The position numbers and the translations under genes are program-made. 64,000 nucleotides of DNA, from the NCBI GenBank assembly GCA_021648725.1, contig JAKISF010000003.1:65116-129115 (forward strand), read 5' to 3'. Source of the stretch: Bacteroidales bacterium. Its GTDB lineage: Bacteria > Bacteroidota > Bacteroidia > Bacteroidales > JAADGE01. Shown piece after piece: positions 9,851-20,248 of the stretch (positions are counted from its first letter, which is position 1; each line of letters opens with the position of its first letter). The notes below the pieces were generated by a model. That model made no database searches. It was not told the origin of the DNA and worked only from the letters and a program-made list of their open reading frames with translations.

Positions 9851-11143
9851 ATGAACGCAAATAAAAAAACAATCAGTATTATATTCATGATGTTTCTTTT
9901 AACAGGAGGTTTCAGTTGTAAAGATAAAGTTTTAGAAACTCGTAAATTTACCGGAAATAAGCCTGTATATCTTTCTTATGAAGATATGCGAAACGGTGTT
10001 AAATTTTTGCCGGGAGAAGATTTAAAACAAACCGGCAAAATGTATTTCTACAACGACTATGTTTTTGTAAATGAATACCTTAAAGGAATTCACATTATAG
10101 ACAATTCAGATCCGAGTAATCCGCAAAACATTAAGTTTATTGAAATACCCGGTAATATTGATATGGTTATTAAAGATAATTTTCTTTATGTTGACAGTTA
10201 TGTTGATTTAGTTGTTTTAAATATTGCCGATATAAATAATATTGTTGAAATTAACCGCATTGAAGATGTATTTCCGTATCAAGTTCCCGAATATGATTAT
10301 ACATATCCGCTTGCAACTATAGACACAGAAGCCGGTGTTGTTGTAGGTTACACAATAGAAGAAATTGAAGAAACTTATGAAACAAACGGCGGAAATTGGA
10401 ACTTCAGGTTTTATAAATATGAAACACTGGATGTTCAAACTGCAAACAGTTCATCAAACTATTCAGGAGGAGGTCAAGGGATTGGAATTGCAGGCTCAAT
10501 GGCACGTTTCAGCATTTATGAAGATAATATGTATTTGCTTAACGAAACTATTTTAAATGTTTATGATATTTCAAATTTAAGAATGCCGACCTATGTTACC
10601 GAATTAAACACAACAACAATTGCCGAAACTTTATTTTTATACAACGGAAAGTTATTCATGGGAACACAAACCGGAATGCGAGTTTATGATTTAAGTAATC
10701 CTGATGCTCCTGTTTTTGTTTCTGAATTTTCACACATTCAATCTTGTGATCCTGTTGTAGTTGACAGCAACTATGCTTATGTAACACTTCGTTCCGGAAA
10801 TGCTTGCGGAAGTTTCACAAATCAATTGGATGTTGTAGATATTAGTGTAATAACTTCTCCCGAATTAGTTAAATCTTATGAACTGACAAATCCGCATGGG
10901 CTTGGTATTCAAAGTGATAAAACTTTATTTGTTTGCGACGGCGAAGCCGGATTAAAAGTTTACGATGCAAGCGACCCTTTAAGAATAGATGAGAATATCT
11001 TATTCCATTTTCCTGAAATGGATGCTTTTGATGTAATTCCTCTCGGAAATTTAATAATGATGATAAGTGAAGACGGTTTATATCAATATAATTTTGAAGG
11101 CGGTGTAATGACCCAATTAAGTTTTATACCTATCGGAGAATAA
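9851..11143 (+). CDS. LVIVD-repeat beta-propeller lipoprotein
   Basis: The start was trimmed to the ATG giving a signal peptide plus lipobox (GGFSC). Repeated motifs resemble LVIVD: LVVLNIADINN, LNVYDISNLRMP, MRVYDLSNPDAP, LDVVDISVITSP, LKVYDASDP. Confidence 0.55.
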   Translation: MNANKKTISIIFMMFLLTGGFSCKDKVLETRKFTGNKPVYLSYEDMRNGVKFLPGEDLKQTGKMYFYNDYVFVNEYLKGIHIIDNSDPSNPQNIKFIEIPGNIDMVIKDNFLYVDSYVDLVVLNIADINNIVEINRIEDVFPYQVPEYDYTYPLATIDTEAGVVVGYTIEEIEETYETNGGNWNFRFYKYETLDVQTANSSSNYSGGGQGIGIAGSMARFSIYEDNMYLLNETILNVYDISNLRMPTYVTELNTTTIAETLFLYNGKLFMGTQTGMRVYDLSNPDAPVFVSEFSHIQSCDPVVVDSNYAYVTLRSGNACGSFTNQLDVVDISVITSPELVKSYELTNPHGLGIQSDKTLFVCDGEAGLKVYDASDPLRIDENILFHFPEMDAFDVIPLGNLIMMISEDGLYQYNFEGGVMTQLSFIPIGE

Positions 11144-11170
11144 ACAATAATATTATGCTGAATAACATTA

Positions 11171-11197
11171 AAGGTTGCCGTCGGTAACCTTTTTTTG
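11171..11197 (+). terminator. rho-independent terminator
   Basis: Hairpin AAGGTTGCC...GGTAACCTT followed by TTTTTT. Confidence 0.55.
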
Positions 11198-11216
11198 CTT
11201 TTGCAATAGTTGTATT

Positions 11217-11915
11217 TTATACATCTGCAAAAGCAACCGCAAGAATACTTACAATTACATTTTTTGTTTTTAAAAGCTCATTTGCACATGCAACTAATGT
11301 TGAACCGGTGGTTATTACATCATCAACCAATAAAATATGTTTTTCTTGAATTAGCTCCGAATTTATTACTTTAAAAGCTGAATTTACATTTTTTCTTCGC
11401 TCCTCTATATTTTTCTTAGTTTGTGTTTGTGTATAAATATGTCTGACAAGAACATTGGTCAGACTCTCTTTTTCTAATATTTCGGAAAGCCCTTTGCAAA
11501 TCATTTCACTTTGGTTATATCCCCTTAATCTTTTTTTTGCAGGATGCAGAGGAACAGGAATAATGATGTCAATGTCTTCAAAAAGAGAGTTTTTAATTTC
11601 TCTGCCGGCCATTCTTCCCAACTCAACTCCTAATTCTTTTTGTTCGTTGTATTTTAATTTATGAATAAGAATTTGAAATTTGCTGCCTTTCTTGAAAAAA
11701 TAAAAAGCTGTTGAATATTTTATTTTTGTTATTCCGTAGAATAATCTGTTTAAAGGATTGTCTTCTTGTTGGTGGAAATTTGTTTTCGGAATTTCATACA
11801 AACAGTCTGTACAAAGGGTAGTTTCTCCTTTTATTAAATTTGTATTACATGCTTCACAATTTTTAGGGAAGAATAATCTGAAGAAATGTATGGTATATTC
11901 AAAAAATCGATTCAT
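11217..11915 (-). CDS. comF: ComF-family phosphoribosyltransferase-domain protein
   Basis: N-terminal Cys pairs (CEACN...CTDC) and the PRTase motif ILLVDDVITTGSTL. The start was trimmed to MNRFF so that it abuts the upstream gene. Confidence 0.8.
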   Translation of the reverse strand: MNRFFEYTIHFFRLFFPKNCEACNTNLIKGETTLCTDCLYEIPKTNFHQQEDNPLNRLFYGITKIKYSTAFYFFKKGSKFQILIHKLKYNEQKELGVELGRMAGREIKNSLFEDIDIIIPVPLHPAKKRLRGYNQSEMICKGLSEILEKESLTNVLVRHIYTQTQTKKNIEERRKNVNSAFKVINSELIQEKHILLVDDVITTGSTLVACANELLKTKNVIVSILAVAFADV

Positions 11916-11916
11916 G

Positions 11917-13410
11917 CTAAAGGTTAAAATCGGCAATTGCAGCCATTAATTTCTCCATCTTTTTTCGGGTATTAGTTGACGAGCCGTTATAATTATTTAT
12001 TAAAAGCGAAAAAGCAACTTCTCTGCCTGATTTTGTCGTTACATAACCCGCATATGCTCTTACATTTTTTATAGAACCGCTTTTAGCGTGCATATTATTT
12101 TCGGCACTTGTTCCTCTGCAAATTCTCCTGACAGTCCCGTCTTTTCCCACTACCGGAATTGAGTTATAAAAATTTTCCGCATATTTACTCTTTGTTTTCA
12201 TATACATTAACACGGCTGCCATTTGTTTTGCCGTTATTGTATTATATTTTGACAATCCGCTGCCGTCATAAATATTCATTCCTCCGGTATTAACACCCTT
12301 TTTTGCCCAAAATTTCTCGGTAAAACTCTTGTCAATTTTTTCAACATTAAAATTGCATGCTTTCAGTTGCGAATGTTTATACATATGTTCGGCAAATAAG
12401 TTAATACTTCGAAAATTTGTTTTTCCGATAATTTCAATAAGTTTGGGCGATTTTGTTATATATATCAAAGTGTGGTTTAAAGAATCATTTTTTGTAAGTT
12501 CGGGAGATTTTCGGAATGAAGTTGCAGTTCCCGAACTGACATTGTATATTTTTAATTTCTTTTTTAACTCAGTTGCTGTATAATATGCCGGGTCGGGTAT
12601 TGAGCCTTTTACTTTGTATTCTTTTCTGTTTAACGGTAATTCACCGGAAATATATCTTGAATAAGTATATGGTGCTCCGAAAATATAAGATCTGTCTGAG
12701 TAAACAGCATCTGACTTAACGTGGTTTTCAAAAGTCATCCCTTCAATTTTCGGTTCAATTTTAACTATTTCTGTTTTGCTGCCTACTACACTTCCCGTAT
12801 TAAAATAAAGTGTGTAAAAATTATCATAGACAGAAAGACCGCAAGCACCTGCACCGAAATAATTTCCTATATCTTCCCACGACCATGTCGGCGGAACAAT
12901 ATCATATCCGTAAATTCTTGCATCTGCAATAATATTACCGTTAATATATTTTATTCCTTTTTTTAAAGTTGCCTTTGTCCAATTGTCTAAAAAAGAATGT
13001 GTTGCAGTTGACACAAAGTATTTTGAACCTAAAGTAGGGTCTCCTCCTCCTCTTATAATAATATTTCCGTCTAAAATATTTGTGGTTAAATCTATCTTTC
13101 CTGTATATTCAACTCTTGTTTCAAATCTGTAACCGGGTCCGAATATTTCTAAAGCGGTTGCCGTAGTTATTAATTTTTGTGTTGATGCAGGAGTTAAAGC
13201 TAAATTTGAATTATGTGAAGCTAAAATTTCTCCTGTATTAATATCAATTGCAATAAAACCTATTCCGGCATTTTTTAAATCTTTGTCATATTTTAATATT
13301 CGCAATGCTGCATTTAATTCATGTTTTTGCTTGCTTAACTTTTGTGCATTTACCGAAACGACAAGTAAAAAAAACATAAATGACAGAAATATAAATCTGT
13401 TTATTTTCAT
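11917..13410 (-). CDS. dacB: D-alanyl-D-alanine carboxypeptidase/endopeptidase (PBP4, S13 family)
   Basis: Has a signal peptide, the SxxK motif PASTQKL and a KSG variant (HAKSGSI) of the KTG box. Confidence 0.85.
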   Translation of the reverse strand: MKINRFIFLSFMFFLLVVSVNAQKLSKQKHELNAALRILKYDKDLKNAGIGFIAIDINTGEILASHNSNLALTPASTQKLITTATALEIFGPGYRFETRVEYTGKIDLTTNILDGNIIIRGGGDPTLGSKYFVSTATHSFLDNWTKATLKKGIKYINGNIIADARIYGYDIVPPTWSWEDIGNYFGAGACGLSVYDNFYTLYFNTGSVVGSKTEIVKIEPKIEGMTFENHVKSDAVYSDRSYIFGAPYTYSRYISGELPLNRKEYKVKGSIPDPAYYTATELKKKLKIYNVSSGTATSFRKSPELTKNDSLNHTLIYITKSPKLIEIIGKTNFRSINLFAEHMYKHSQLKACNFNVEKIDKSFTEKFWAKKGVNTGGMNIYDGSGLSKYNTITAKQMAAVLMYMKTKSKYAENFYNSIPVVGKDGTVRRICRGTSAENNMHAKSGSIKNVRAYAGYVTTKSGREVAFSLLINNYNGSSTNTRKKMEKLMAAIADFNL

Positions 13411-13584
13411 ACTGTTTTATTGTGTTAATCAATTTGCAAAACCTCAAATATAAGAACTAATGATTATTTTGCAATACATAAAACTTCTTTTTATTTGAAG
13501 GGTATAATTACATAATATATTTTAAATTTTAAATTTTTTTTATTATATTTACAGCAATAAGTTAATCATTTAAAAAATATTATT

Positions 13585-14085
13585 ATGAAACAAACTATTT
13601 CTATTTTTTTAACAATTGTAATTTTTGCTTTCGTTTCTTGCGGCGATGGAAACAGTAAAAAAGCTAATTTATCCGAAAAAGGAGAACTCTTAACATCAGT
13701 AACCTGGAAGTACGACACAAATGCAAGCATTAAAGGTACAACTGACGATTTGAAAGATACAACCGGTATCACTGCTGATATTGAGTTGAAAGATGATGTT
13801 AAAGCAATCGGAGATTTCTTAACGGGAACATTAAGGTTCGGTGTTGATACAAATGACCCGTCTAAACTTTCTTATGAAAGAAAATACGGAAAAGGAATTT
13901 TTTCTATTTCAACTCTTGGTTGGTGGGAGTTTAATGAAGATGAAACATCTGTTATTATGAGAGAGTGGGATGATGTAAATAAAAAAGAATTACCTCCTGA
14001 AACAAAGCAAATTGTTAAACTTACAAAAGATCAACTGATACTTAAAGAAGAAAGTGGAGCAGAACATTTTTATATACCGCAATAA
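13585..14085 (+). CDS. lipoprotein, unknown function
   Basis: Signal peptide with lipobox FVSC. 166 aa. Confidence 0.5.
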   Translation: MKQTISIFLTIVIFAFVSCGDGNSKKANLSEKGELLTSVTWKYDTNASIKGTTDDLKDTTGITADIELKDDVKAIGDFLTGTLRFGVDTNDPSKLSYERKYGKGIFSISTLGWWEFNEDETSVIMREWDDVNKKELPPETKQIVKLTKDQLILKEESGAEHFYIPQ

Positions 14086-14224
14086 ACTTCTCCTCTATAC
14101 TATTTAAAGTGTTGATTTAATGGATATTTTGTCGAAGGACCGCAAATTCTTCCGGCAAAATATTCTATTTTTATGTAAGTTAATTGCTGCTTTTCAATAA
14201 AATACTAACCCAAAATACACAGGT

Positions 14225-15562
14225 ATGGGAATTTTTAATAAAATTTTTTCAGAGTCAGATTCTGACAAACACCCGGAGAACATACCGAATATTCAATTCG
14301 GAAGATATACCGACAGGCATAAAACACCTGAACAAATAAGTTCTTGGGATAAATCCATTGCACTTTATAAAGAAAAAAAATATTTAGACTCTTATTTTGA
14401 GTTTTTTAATTATCTGCGAGACCCAAAGGTTGATAATGTAAAAATAAGTAAAGAGACAGATAAGATTAAGTTTGAAATTATCCAAGGATCAAAAGTTGTA
14501 AAAGGCTATGCAAGTAATGCAGAAGTTACAGCAAATTCTGAAATTGCTTCTTTCAAAGAAAAACCTCATGTGGCAGTTATGCGAAAACTTCTCGGAGTAA
14601 ATTATGACTTGTTTTTCAGTAAATTTGCCATTAAAGATAATACATACGTTTTAAAGTTCTCAGCAAATGTTTTAGATGCACCAACGGAAGCACTTTATGC
14701 ATCATTAAAAGAAGTTGCAAATCAGGCAGATAAATATGATGATGTATTGACCGATGAATTTAGTTTTTTAAAAGAAGTAAATATTGATCATATTGAAGAA
14801 CTGCCCGAAAGTGAAAAAGAAGTAAAATATAATTATTTGATTACTTCCGTAAATGATACCATAAAAAGAACAGAAGAACTTACACAAAAAGATTTAGCAG
14901 GAGCAGGGTCATTTTTATTATTGCAGCTAACTTTTAAAATTTATTATTTACTTGCACCCGAAGGTGTGCTTTTAGATGATTTAAGATATATACAAGGTGT
15001 CTTTTTCAGACACGATAATTCAACAACAGCTGAAAAAAATCATCTGATGGTTGAAGAGTTCAAAAAGGTTATCACAAAACCAAAAGATAAGATTCTTAAA
15101 TCTTTATATAAAGCAAAAGCGACTTTTGCTGTTGTAAAACCCACAAATTATCAAACAGTTGCTGATTTTATTTTTGGAGAACTCAAAAAAATAGAATGGT
15201 ACAAAAACAACAACTATTTTGACGTTCAACAAGCAATTTGTGATTATATTGTAGCTTATGCTGAATTTTCCTACGGAATGGATGCTCCTGTATATGAACT
15301 ATTTGAAATATATTGGAAAGCAACAAATGATAAATATTATAAAAATTTAGGTTTTAATGTTGAATATTATAATTCCGAAACAAAAGAATTCAAACAATCA
15401 AAAATAGAAAATGACATTCTTAAAATAATATCAAATGCAAAACGTAAATATATTAATTTAGATTTTAAAACACACCTTTTAAAATTTACAAGTCTTCATG
15501 AATTTTCAACATCATTTTTAACCGAAATTGAAAAGTTGAATTTTAACATTAAGCAAGCATAA
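14225..15562 (+). CDS. hypothetical cytoplasmic protein with YbjN-like N-terminal region
   Basis: No signal peptide. Residues about 60-190 follow the pattern I associate with YbjN/T3SS-chaperone-like domains. The remainder is helical and unassigned. Confidence 0.5.
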   Translation: MGIFNKIFSESDSDKHPENIPNIQFGRYTDRHKTPEQISSWDKSIALYKEKKYLDSYFEFFNYLRDPKVDNVKISKETDKIKFEIIQGSKVVKGYASNAEVTANSEIASFKEKPHVAVMRKLLGVNYDLFFSKFAIKDNTYVLKFSANVLDAPTEALYASLKEVANQADKYDDVLTDEFSFLKEVNIDHIEELPESEKEVKYNYLITSVNDTIKRTEELTQKDLAGAGSFLLLQLTFKIYYLLAPEGVLLDDLRYIQGVFFRHDNSTTAEKNHLMVEEFKKVITKPKDKILKSLYKAKATFAVVKPTNYQTVADFIFGELKKIEWYKNNNYFDVQQAICDYIVAYAEFSYGMDAPVYELFEIYWKATNDKYYKNLGFNVEYYNSETKEFKQSKIENDILKIISNAKRKYINLDFKTHLLKFTSLHEFSTSFLTEIEKLNFNIKQA

Positions 15563-15586
15563 GCCTAAATACTTTAATATAAAAAA

Positions 15587-16675
15587 ATGGAAAATACAAT
15601 TGATATATACAAAAATGCCATTGTTCAAATAGCAACTCCTTGGGGAACAGGAACAGGCTTCTTTATTGACGAATATAACGTAATTGTAACAAACAGGCAT
15701 GTAATTCAAGGAACGATAGAGCCGGTAATTAACGGCAAGAAACTTAAAAAAACAATCTCAAAAGTTCTTTACACCGACGGTGTTTACGATTTAGCCTTTT
15801 TGGAAGTTCCCGAAGGCAAAGATTTCTCTCCTGTTCCTCTCGGCAATGCAAATGTATTACATGAAGGTCAACAAGTAATGGCTATCGGACATCCTTACGG
15901 ACTGAAATTTACTGCTACACAGGGCATTATCTCAAAATCAAAAAGGCTTTGGAACGGAACAGATTATATTCAAATTGATGCAGCAATTAATCCGGGAAAC
16001 AGCGGAGGACCTCTCATTAATGATAAAAATGAAATAATAGGTGTAAATACATTCATTGTTTCCGAAGGAAATAATTTGGGCTTTGCATTACCGGTTAATC
16101 TTCTTAAAGAATCTCTTGAAGACTTTAATTCTCTCGGAAAAAAAATATCAACAAGATGCACCGCATGTAAAAATGTTATTGCAAAAGATGATATTTATGA
16201 TCATTATTGCCCTAATTGCGGACAGAAAATAAACGAGTTTGAATTTGTTGACAAACCTTACATTCCGTCGAAAGCAGGAAAAGATATTGAAGAAATTATT
16301 TCATCTCTCGGATATGATATCAGACTTGCAAGAGCAGGGCAAAATTTTTGGAATATTGAAGAGGGAAGTGCAAGAATTAAAATATCTTACAACCCTCAAA
16401 GTCGTTATATTTTGGCTTGGGCTGAACTTTGCAGATTACCAAAAACAAATATTGCTCAAATGTATGAATTCATGCTGAGAGAGAATTACAATTTAGAAGG
16501 ACTGTCATTCAGTGTGATACAACAAGATATCATTTTAACTGCAATGCGAATTTATGATGCCGATTTAGTAATAGAATCAGAAAAGAAATTATTTGAAAAT
16601 TTATTTAAAAAAGCTGATGATTATGATAATGCTTTACTTAATTTAGGAGGTATTCCGTACTATGAAGAAGAGTAA
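15587..16675 (+). CDS. cytoplasmic trypsin-like serine protease (S1C-like) fused to a Zn-ribbon and a YbjN-like C-terminal domain
   Basis: Catalytic triad contexts are VVTNRHV (His), YDLAFLEV (Asp) and NPGNSGGPL (Ser). The zinc ribbon is CTACKN...CPNCG. No signal peptide. Confidence 0.75.
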   Translation: MENTIDIYKNAIVQIATPWGTGTGFFIDEYNVIVTNRHVIQGTIEPVINGKKLKKTISKVLYTDGVYDLAFLEVPEGKDFSPVPLGNANVLHEGQQVMAIGHPYGLKFTATQGIISKSKRLWNGTDYIQIDAAINPGNSGGPLINDKNEIIGVNTFIVSEGNNLGFALPVNLLKESLEDFNSLGKKISTRCTACKNVIAKDDIYDHYCPNCGQKINEFEFVDKPYIPSKAGKDIEEIISSLGYDIRLARAGQNFWNIEEGSARIKISYNPQSRYILAWAELCRLPKTNIAQMYEFMLRENYNLEGLSFSVIQQDIILTAMRIYDADLVIESEKKLFENLFKKADDYDNALLNLGGIPYYEEE

Positions 16676-16694
16676 TAAAAGTCAGAAATGAATC

Positions 16695-16745
16695 AAATTG
16701 ACCGGTTAATATAAAAATATATTTTCCGGTCAATTTCTTTTTATA
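16695..16745 (+). terminator. probable terminator (long-loop hairpin followed by a T-rich tail)
   Basis: AAATTGACCGG (16695-16705) pairs with CCGGTCAATTT (16726-16736) and is followed by CTTTTTAT. Confidence 0.5.
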
Positions 16746-16751
16746 CTTTTG
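16744..16751 (+). promoter_or_regulatory. -7 promoter box TACTTTTG
   Basis: TAnnTTTG match ending 5 nt before the tatD ATG, which implies a very short leader or a leaderless transcript. Confidence 0.4.
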
Positions 16752-16756
16752 CAATT

Positions 16757-17539
16757 ATGGTTTTAACGGATACACATACGCATCTTTTTGTTAAAGAGTT
16801 TGATAACGACAGAGATAAAGTTATTAAACAAGCAATTAATTCCGGAATCACGAAAATGATTTTGCCCGGAATTAACTCATCATATATTGAAATTCAAAAC
16901 CTGCTTGCAAAACAATATCCGAAAAATTGTTTCCCTGCAACAGGGCTACACCCTTCTGATGTTAAAGAAAACTATAAAGATGAAATTAGTGTAGTTGAAC
17001 AACAATTAAAAACAAAAAAATATATTGCAGTAGGTGAAATAGGGCTTGATTTATATTGGGACAAAACATTTCTAAATCAGCAACAAGATGCATTCAAACA
17101 ACAAATTATATTAGCAAAAGAACACAAATTGCCGATAATAATTCATGTCAGAGAAGCTTTTAATGAAGTTTTTAGAATTGTTGATAACCTGAACGACAAC
17201 GATTTAACCGGAGTTTTTCACAGCTTTACAGGAAACACGGAACAAGCAAAAAAAATACTTGCTTACGGAGGATTTAAAATAGGAATTAACGGAATCGTAA
17301 CTTTTAAAAACTCAGGATTAGACAAAGTTGTAGAAAATATTGATATAAAACATCTTGTACTTGAAACAGATTCGCCTTATTTATCACCAATTCCGAAAAG
17401 AGGAAAAAGAAATGAAAGTTCACACCTTATACATATCGCACAAAAAATTTCAGAAATTAAAAATATTCCGATAAATAAACTTGCAGAAATTACAACCGGA
17501 AATGCTGTTGAAGTTTTCGGAAACAGACTTTTATCTTAA
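16757..17539 (+). CDS. tatD: TatD-family metal-dependent hydrolase
   Basis: N-terminus LTDTHTHL. Also GEIGLD, IHVREA and ETDSPYL motifs. Confidence 0.9.
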   Translation: MVLTDTHTHLFVKEFDNDRDKVIKQAINSGITKMILPGINSSYIEIQNLLAKQYPKNCFPATGLHPSDVKENYKDEISVVEQQLKTKKYIAVGEIGLDLYWDKTFLNQQQDAFKQQIILAKEHKLPIIIHVREAFNEVFRIVDNLNDNDLTGVFHSFTGNTEQAKKILAYGGFKIGINGIVTFKNSGLDKVVENIDIKHLVLETDSPYLSPIPKRGKRNESSHLIHIAQKISEIKNIPINKLAEITTGNAVEVFGNRLLS

Positions 17540-17569
17540 CTTTACAAACAACTTATAAAACTTTAGCAA

Positions 17570-18604
17570 ATGCCGGAAAACAAAACTTCAGTTTTAATTA
17601 TTTACACCGGAGGAACAATAGGAATGATTACAAATCCTGAAACCGGCTCGTATAAACCGTTTGATTTTGATCATATTTCAAAACAAATTCCGGCATTAAA
17701 AAGTTTCGGCTACAATTTAGAAACAATTTCTTTTGAAAAACCGATTGACTCTGCTGATTTAAAACCTGATACTTGGGTAAAGCTTGCCGAAATACTCAGA
17801 AAAAATCATAATAATTTTGACGGATTTGTTATTCTTCACGGAACAGACACAATGGCATACACAGCATCAATGCTGAGCTTTATGCTTCAAGATTTTTTTA
17901 AACCGGTTATTCTTACAGGTTCACAACTTCCGGTTGATATGTTAAGAACAGACGGAAAAGAAAATTTAATAACAGCAATTGAAATTGCTGCAGCACAAAA
18001 AAACGGAAACGCAATAGTTCCCGAAGTTTGTATTTATTTCGACAATAAATTATTCAGAGGAAACAGGACTACAAAACAAAATGCCGAATATTTTGATGCT
18101 TTTGAATCTCCGAATTACCCTTATTTAGCCGAGGCAGGAATTAAAATAAATTATTTTACAAAAAACATTAAATATCCCGATTATAATAAAATCCCGACTG
18201 TTCACACAAAAATTGATACAAATATCGTTCTTTTAAAAATGTTTCCCGGTATTAGTGAAAATTTTGTAAAGTCTGTTTTTAATACCGAAAACTTAAAAGC
18301 AGTTATTTTAGAAACATTCGGCTCGGGAAATGCAATTATGGACAATTGGTTTATTAATATTTTAGAAAATGCAAATAATTCCGATATCGTAATTTTAAAT
18401 ATAACACAATGTTTGGGAGGAAAAGTTGTTCCGGGAAAATATGAAACAGGAAAAAAAATGATTGATGCCGGTGTAATAAGCGGTTATGATATAACAAGCG
18501 AAGCTGCAGTTACAAAGTTAATGTATTTGTTAGGGTTGAATTTGCCTGTAAACGAAATAAAATCATATCTGCAAAAATCAATAGCAGGAGAACTTACAAA
18601 ATAA
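17570..18604 (+). CDS. ansA: L-asparaginase, type I (cytoplasmic)
   Basis: Motifs IIYTGGTIGM and ILHGTDTMAYTAS. No signal peptide. Confidence 0.9.
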   Translation: MPENKTSVLIIYTGGTIGMITNPETGSYKPFDFDHISKQIPALKSFGYNLETISFEKPIDSADLKPDTWVKLAEILRKNHNNFDGFVILHGTDTMAYTASMLSFMLQDFFKPVILTGSQLPVDMLRTDGKENLITAIEIAAAQKNGNAIVPEVCIYFDNKLFRGNRTTKQNAEYFDAFESPNYPYLAEAGIKINYFTKNIKYPDYNKIPTVHTKIDTNIVLLKMFPGISENFVKSVFNTENLKAVILETFGSGNAIMDNWFINILENANNSDIVILNITQCLGGKVVPGKYETGKKMIDAGVISGYDITSEAAVTKLMYLLGLNLPVNEIKSYLQKSIAGELTK

Positions 18605-18763
18605 AATTATTGAACCTGCGTTATCAGAAGAACCGATATTAAAACTTCACAGAGAACTGTTAGGGCAAAAATGTATTTTATCAGATTATTTTTTCTGTAT
18701 TAAATTTTTTTGTTTATTTTCGGCACTTGAAAAGAAAACCGTTTCTCGGTATGTCTTTCTTTC

Positions 18764-18851
18764 GGAGAGGTGTCCGAGTGGCTTAAGGAGCACGCTTGGA
18801 AAGCGTGTGTGCATATTACGTGTACCGAGGGTTCGAATCCCTCTCTCTCCG
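18764..18851 (+). tRNA. tRNA-Ser (anticodon GGA)
   Basis: Hand-folded cloverleaf. The acceptor pairs GGAGAGG with TCTCTCC. The anticodon stem is CACGC/GCGTG with loop TTGGAAA. There is a long variable arm and a T-arm GAGGG-TTCGAAT-CCCTC. No CCA is encoded. Confidence 0.9.
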
Positions 18852-18902
18852 CTTAAATAACGGATATTAATTAATTATTAAATAAAAATAAATTTAAAAG
18901 AC

Positions 18903-19703
18903 ATGAAAAAATTATTTGCATTAGCAGCAATTTTGGGAATGTTTGTTTTTGGTGTAAACACGCAAGTTTTTGCACAAGGTGAAGATTCAACAAAAGTTGA
19001 AACAAATCTCACTACTCCGGGCGATGACATTCCGGATGATGTTACACAAGCAAACGAAGATGCAGAACAAGGACAATTACACAGAAAAATTAAAGAAAAA
19101 TTTATTGAAGGGGGCCCTTTCTTTATGAGTTTTGTATTATTGGCTTTGATTCTAGGTCTTGCTCTTTCTATCGAAAGAATTATATACCTTAATTTAGCCG
19201 ACGTTAATACAGAAAAATTGTTGCTCAATGTTGAAGAAGCATTGGAAACCGGAGGTGTTGAAGCTGCAAAAGAAGTTTGCAGAGACACAAGAGGACCGGT
19301 TGCAAGTATCTTCTATCAAGGCTTAAGCCGTGCAGACCAGGGTATTGATGTAGTTGAAAAATCAGTTATTTCATACGGTAGTGTGCAAATGGGATTGCTT
19401 GAAAGAGGATTAACTTGGATTTCATTGTTTATTTCTCTTGCTCCGATGTTAGGTTTCATGGGTACGGTTATAGGTATGATTTCTGCATTCGACAGTATTC
19501 AAGCAGCAGGTGACGTTAATGCCCAATTAGTTGCAGGAGGTATTAAAGTAGCCTTGATTACAACAGTTTCAGGTCTTATTGTTGCAATGATTCTTCAAAT
19601 TTTCTATAACTATATTGTTTCTAAAGTTGATGCAATTGTTAGTGAAATGGAAGATACATCAATTTCATTGATTGATATTTTGGTAAAATACCAAAATAAA
19701 TAA
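18903..19703 (+). CDS. exbB: MotA/TolQ/ExbB proton-channel family protein
   Basis: Has a signal peptide plus a periplasmic extension, then the ExbB core (LAPMLGFMGTVIGMI). Confidence 0.85.
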   Translation: MKKLFALAAILGMFVFGVNTQVFAQGEDSTKVETNLTTPGDDIPDDVTQANEDAEQGQLHRKIKEKFIEGGPFFMSFVLLALILGLALSIERIIYLNLADVNTEKLLLNVEEALETGGVEAAKEVCRDTRGPVASIFYQGLSRADQGIDVVEKSVISYGSVQMGLLERGLTWISLFISLAPMLGFMGTVIGMISAFDSIQAAGDVNAQLVAGGIKVALITTVSGLIVAMILQIFYNYIVSKVDAIVSEMEDTSISLIDILVKYQNK

Positions 19704-19733
19704 GAGTTTTTTTAAATTTTAAAATATAAAGCT

Positions 19734-20180
19734 ATGACAGATAATATAGCAAAAATAACAAAAATATTACTATGGGTATTAATTGCTCTGTCTGTTTTCT
19801 TTGCCATGATGTTATTTATTAACACCTCGGATGAAGATACAACTTGGGTAGCAAACTCACTGTCATTTACGGAAGTATTATTATACCTTACGGCAGGTGC
19901 AGCGGTTTTGTCTTCATTATATATTTTTACAATGAAATTAATTGCAAAACCTAAACGTGCTTTAATTTCCTTAATTCCGATAGTATTATTGCTGGTTATT
20001 TTTATTATTGCAAAATCGCAAGCAAGCGATGCGATATTAGATATGCCCACTTATGACGGAGATGCAAATGTACCGAGCCAATTAAAATGGTCAGGCACTG
20101 GATTAATAATGATGTATGTACTTTTAGGGCTTGCTTTTGTATCAATTATTTATGCGGAAGTATCCAGATTTTTCAAATAA
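19734..20180 (+). CDS. small membrane protein of the ExbB/ExbD cluster
   Basis: Four predicted TM helices. Located between exbB and exbD. Confidence 0.5.
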   Translation: MTDNIAKITKILLWVLIALSVFFAMMLFINTSDEDTTWVANSLSFTEVLLYLTAGAAVLSSLYIFTMKLIAKPKRALISLIPIVLLLVIFIIAKSQASDAILDMPTYDGDANVPSQLKWSGTGLIMMYVLLGLAFVSIIYAEVSRFFK

Positions 20181-20248
20181 AATAATAACAAGCATGCAGC
20201 ATATATAATTTGTTGCATGCTTATCTCGTTTATTAATAAACAAATATA

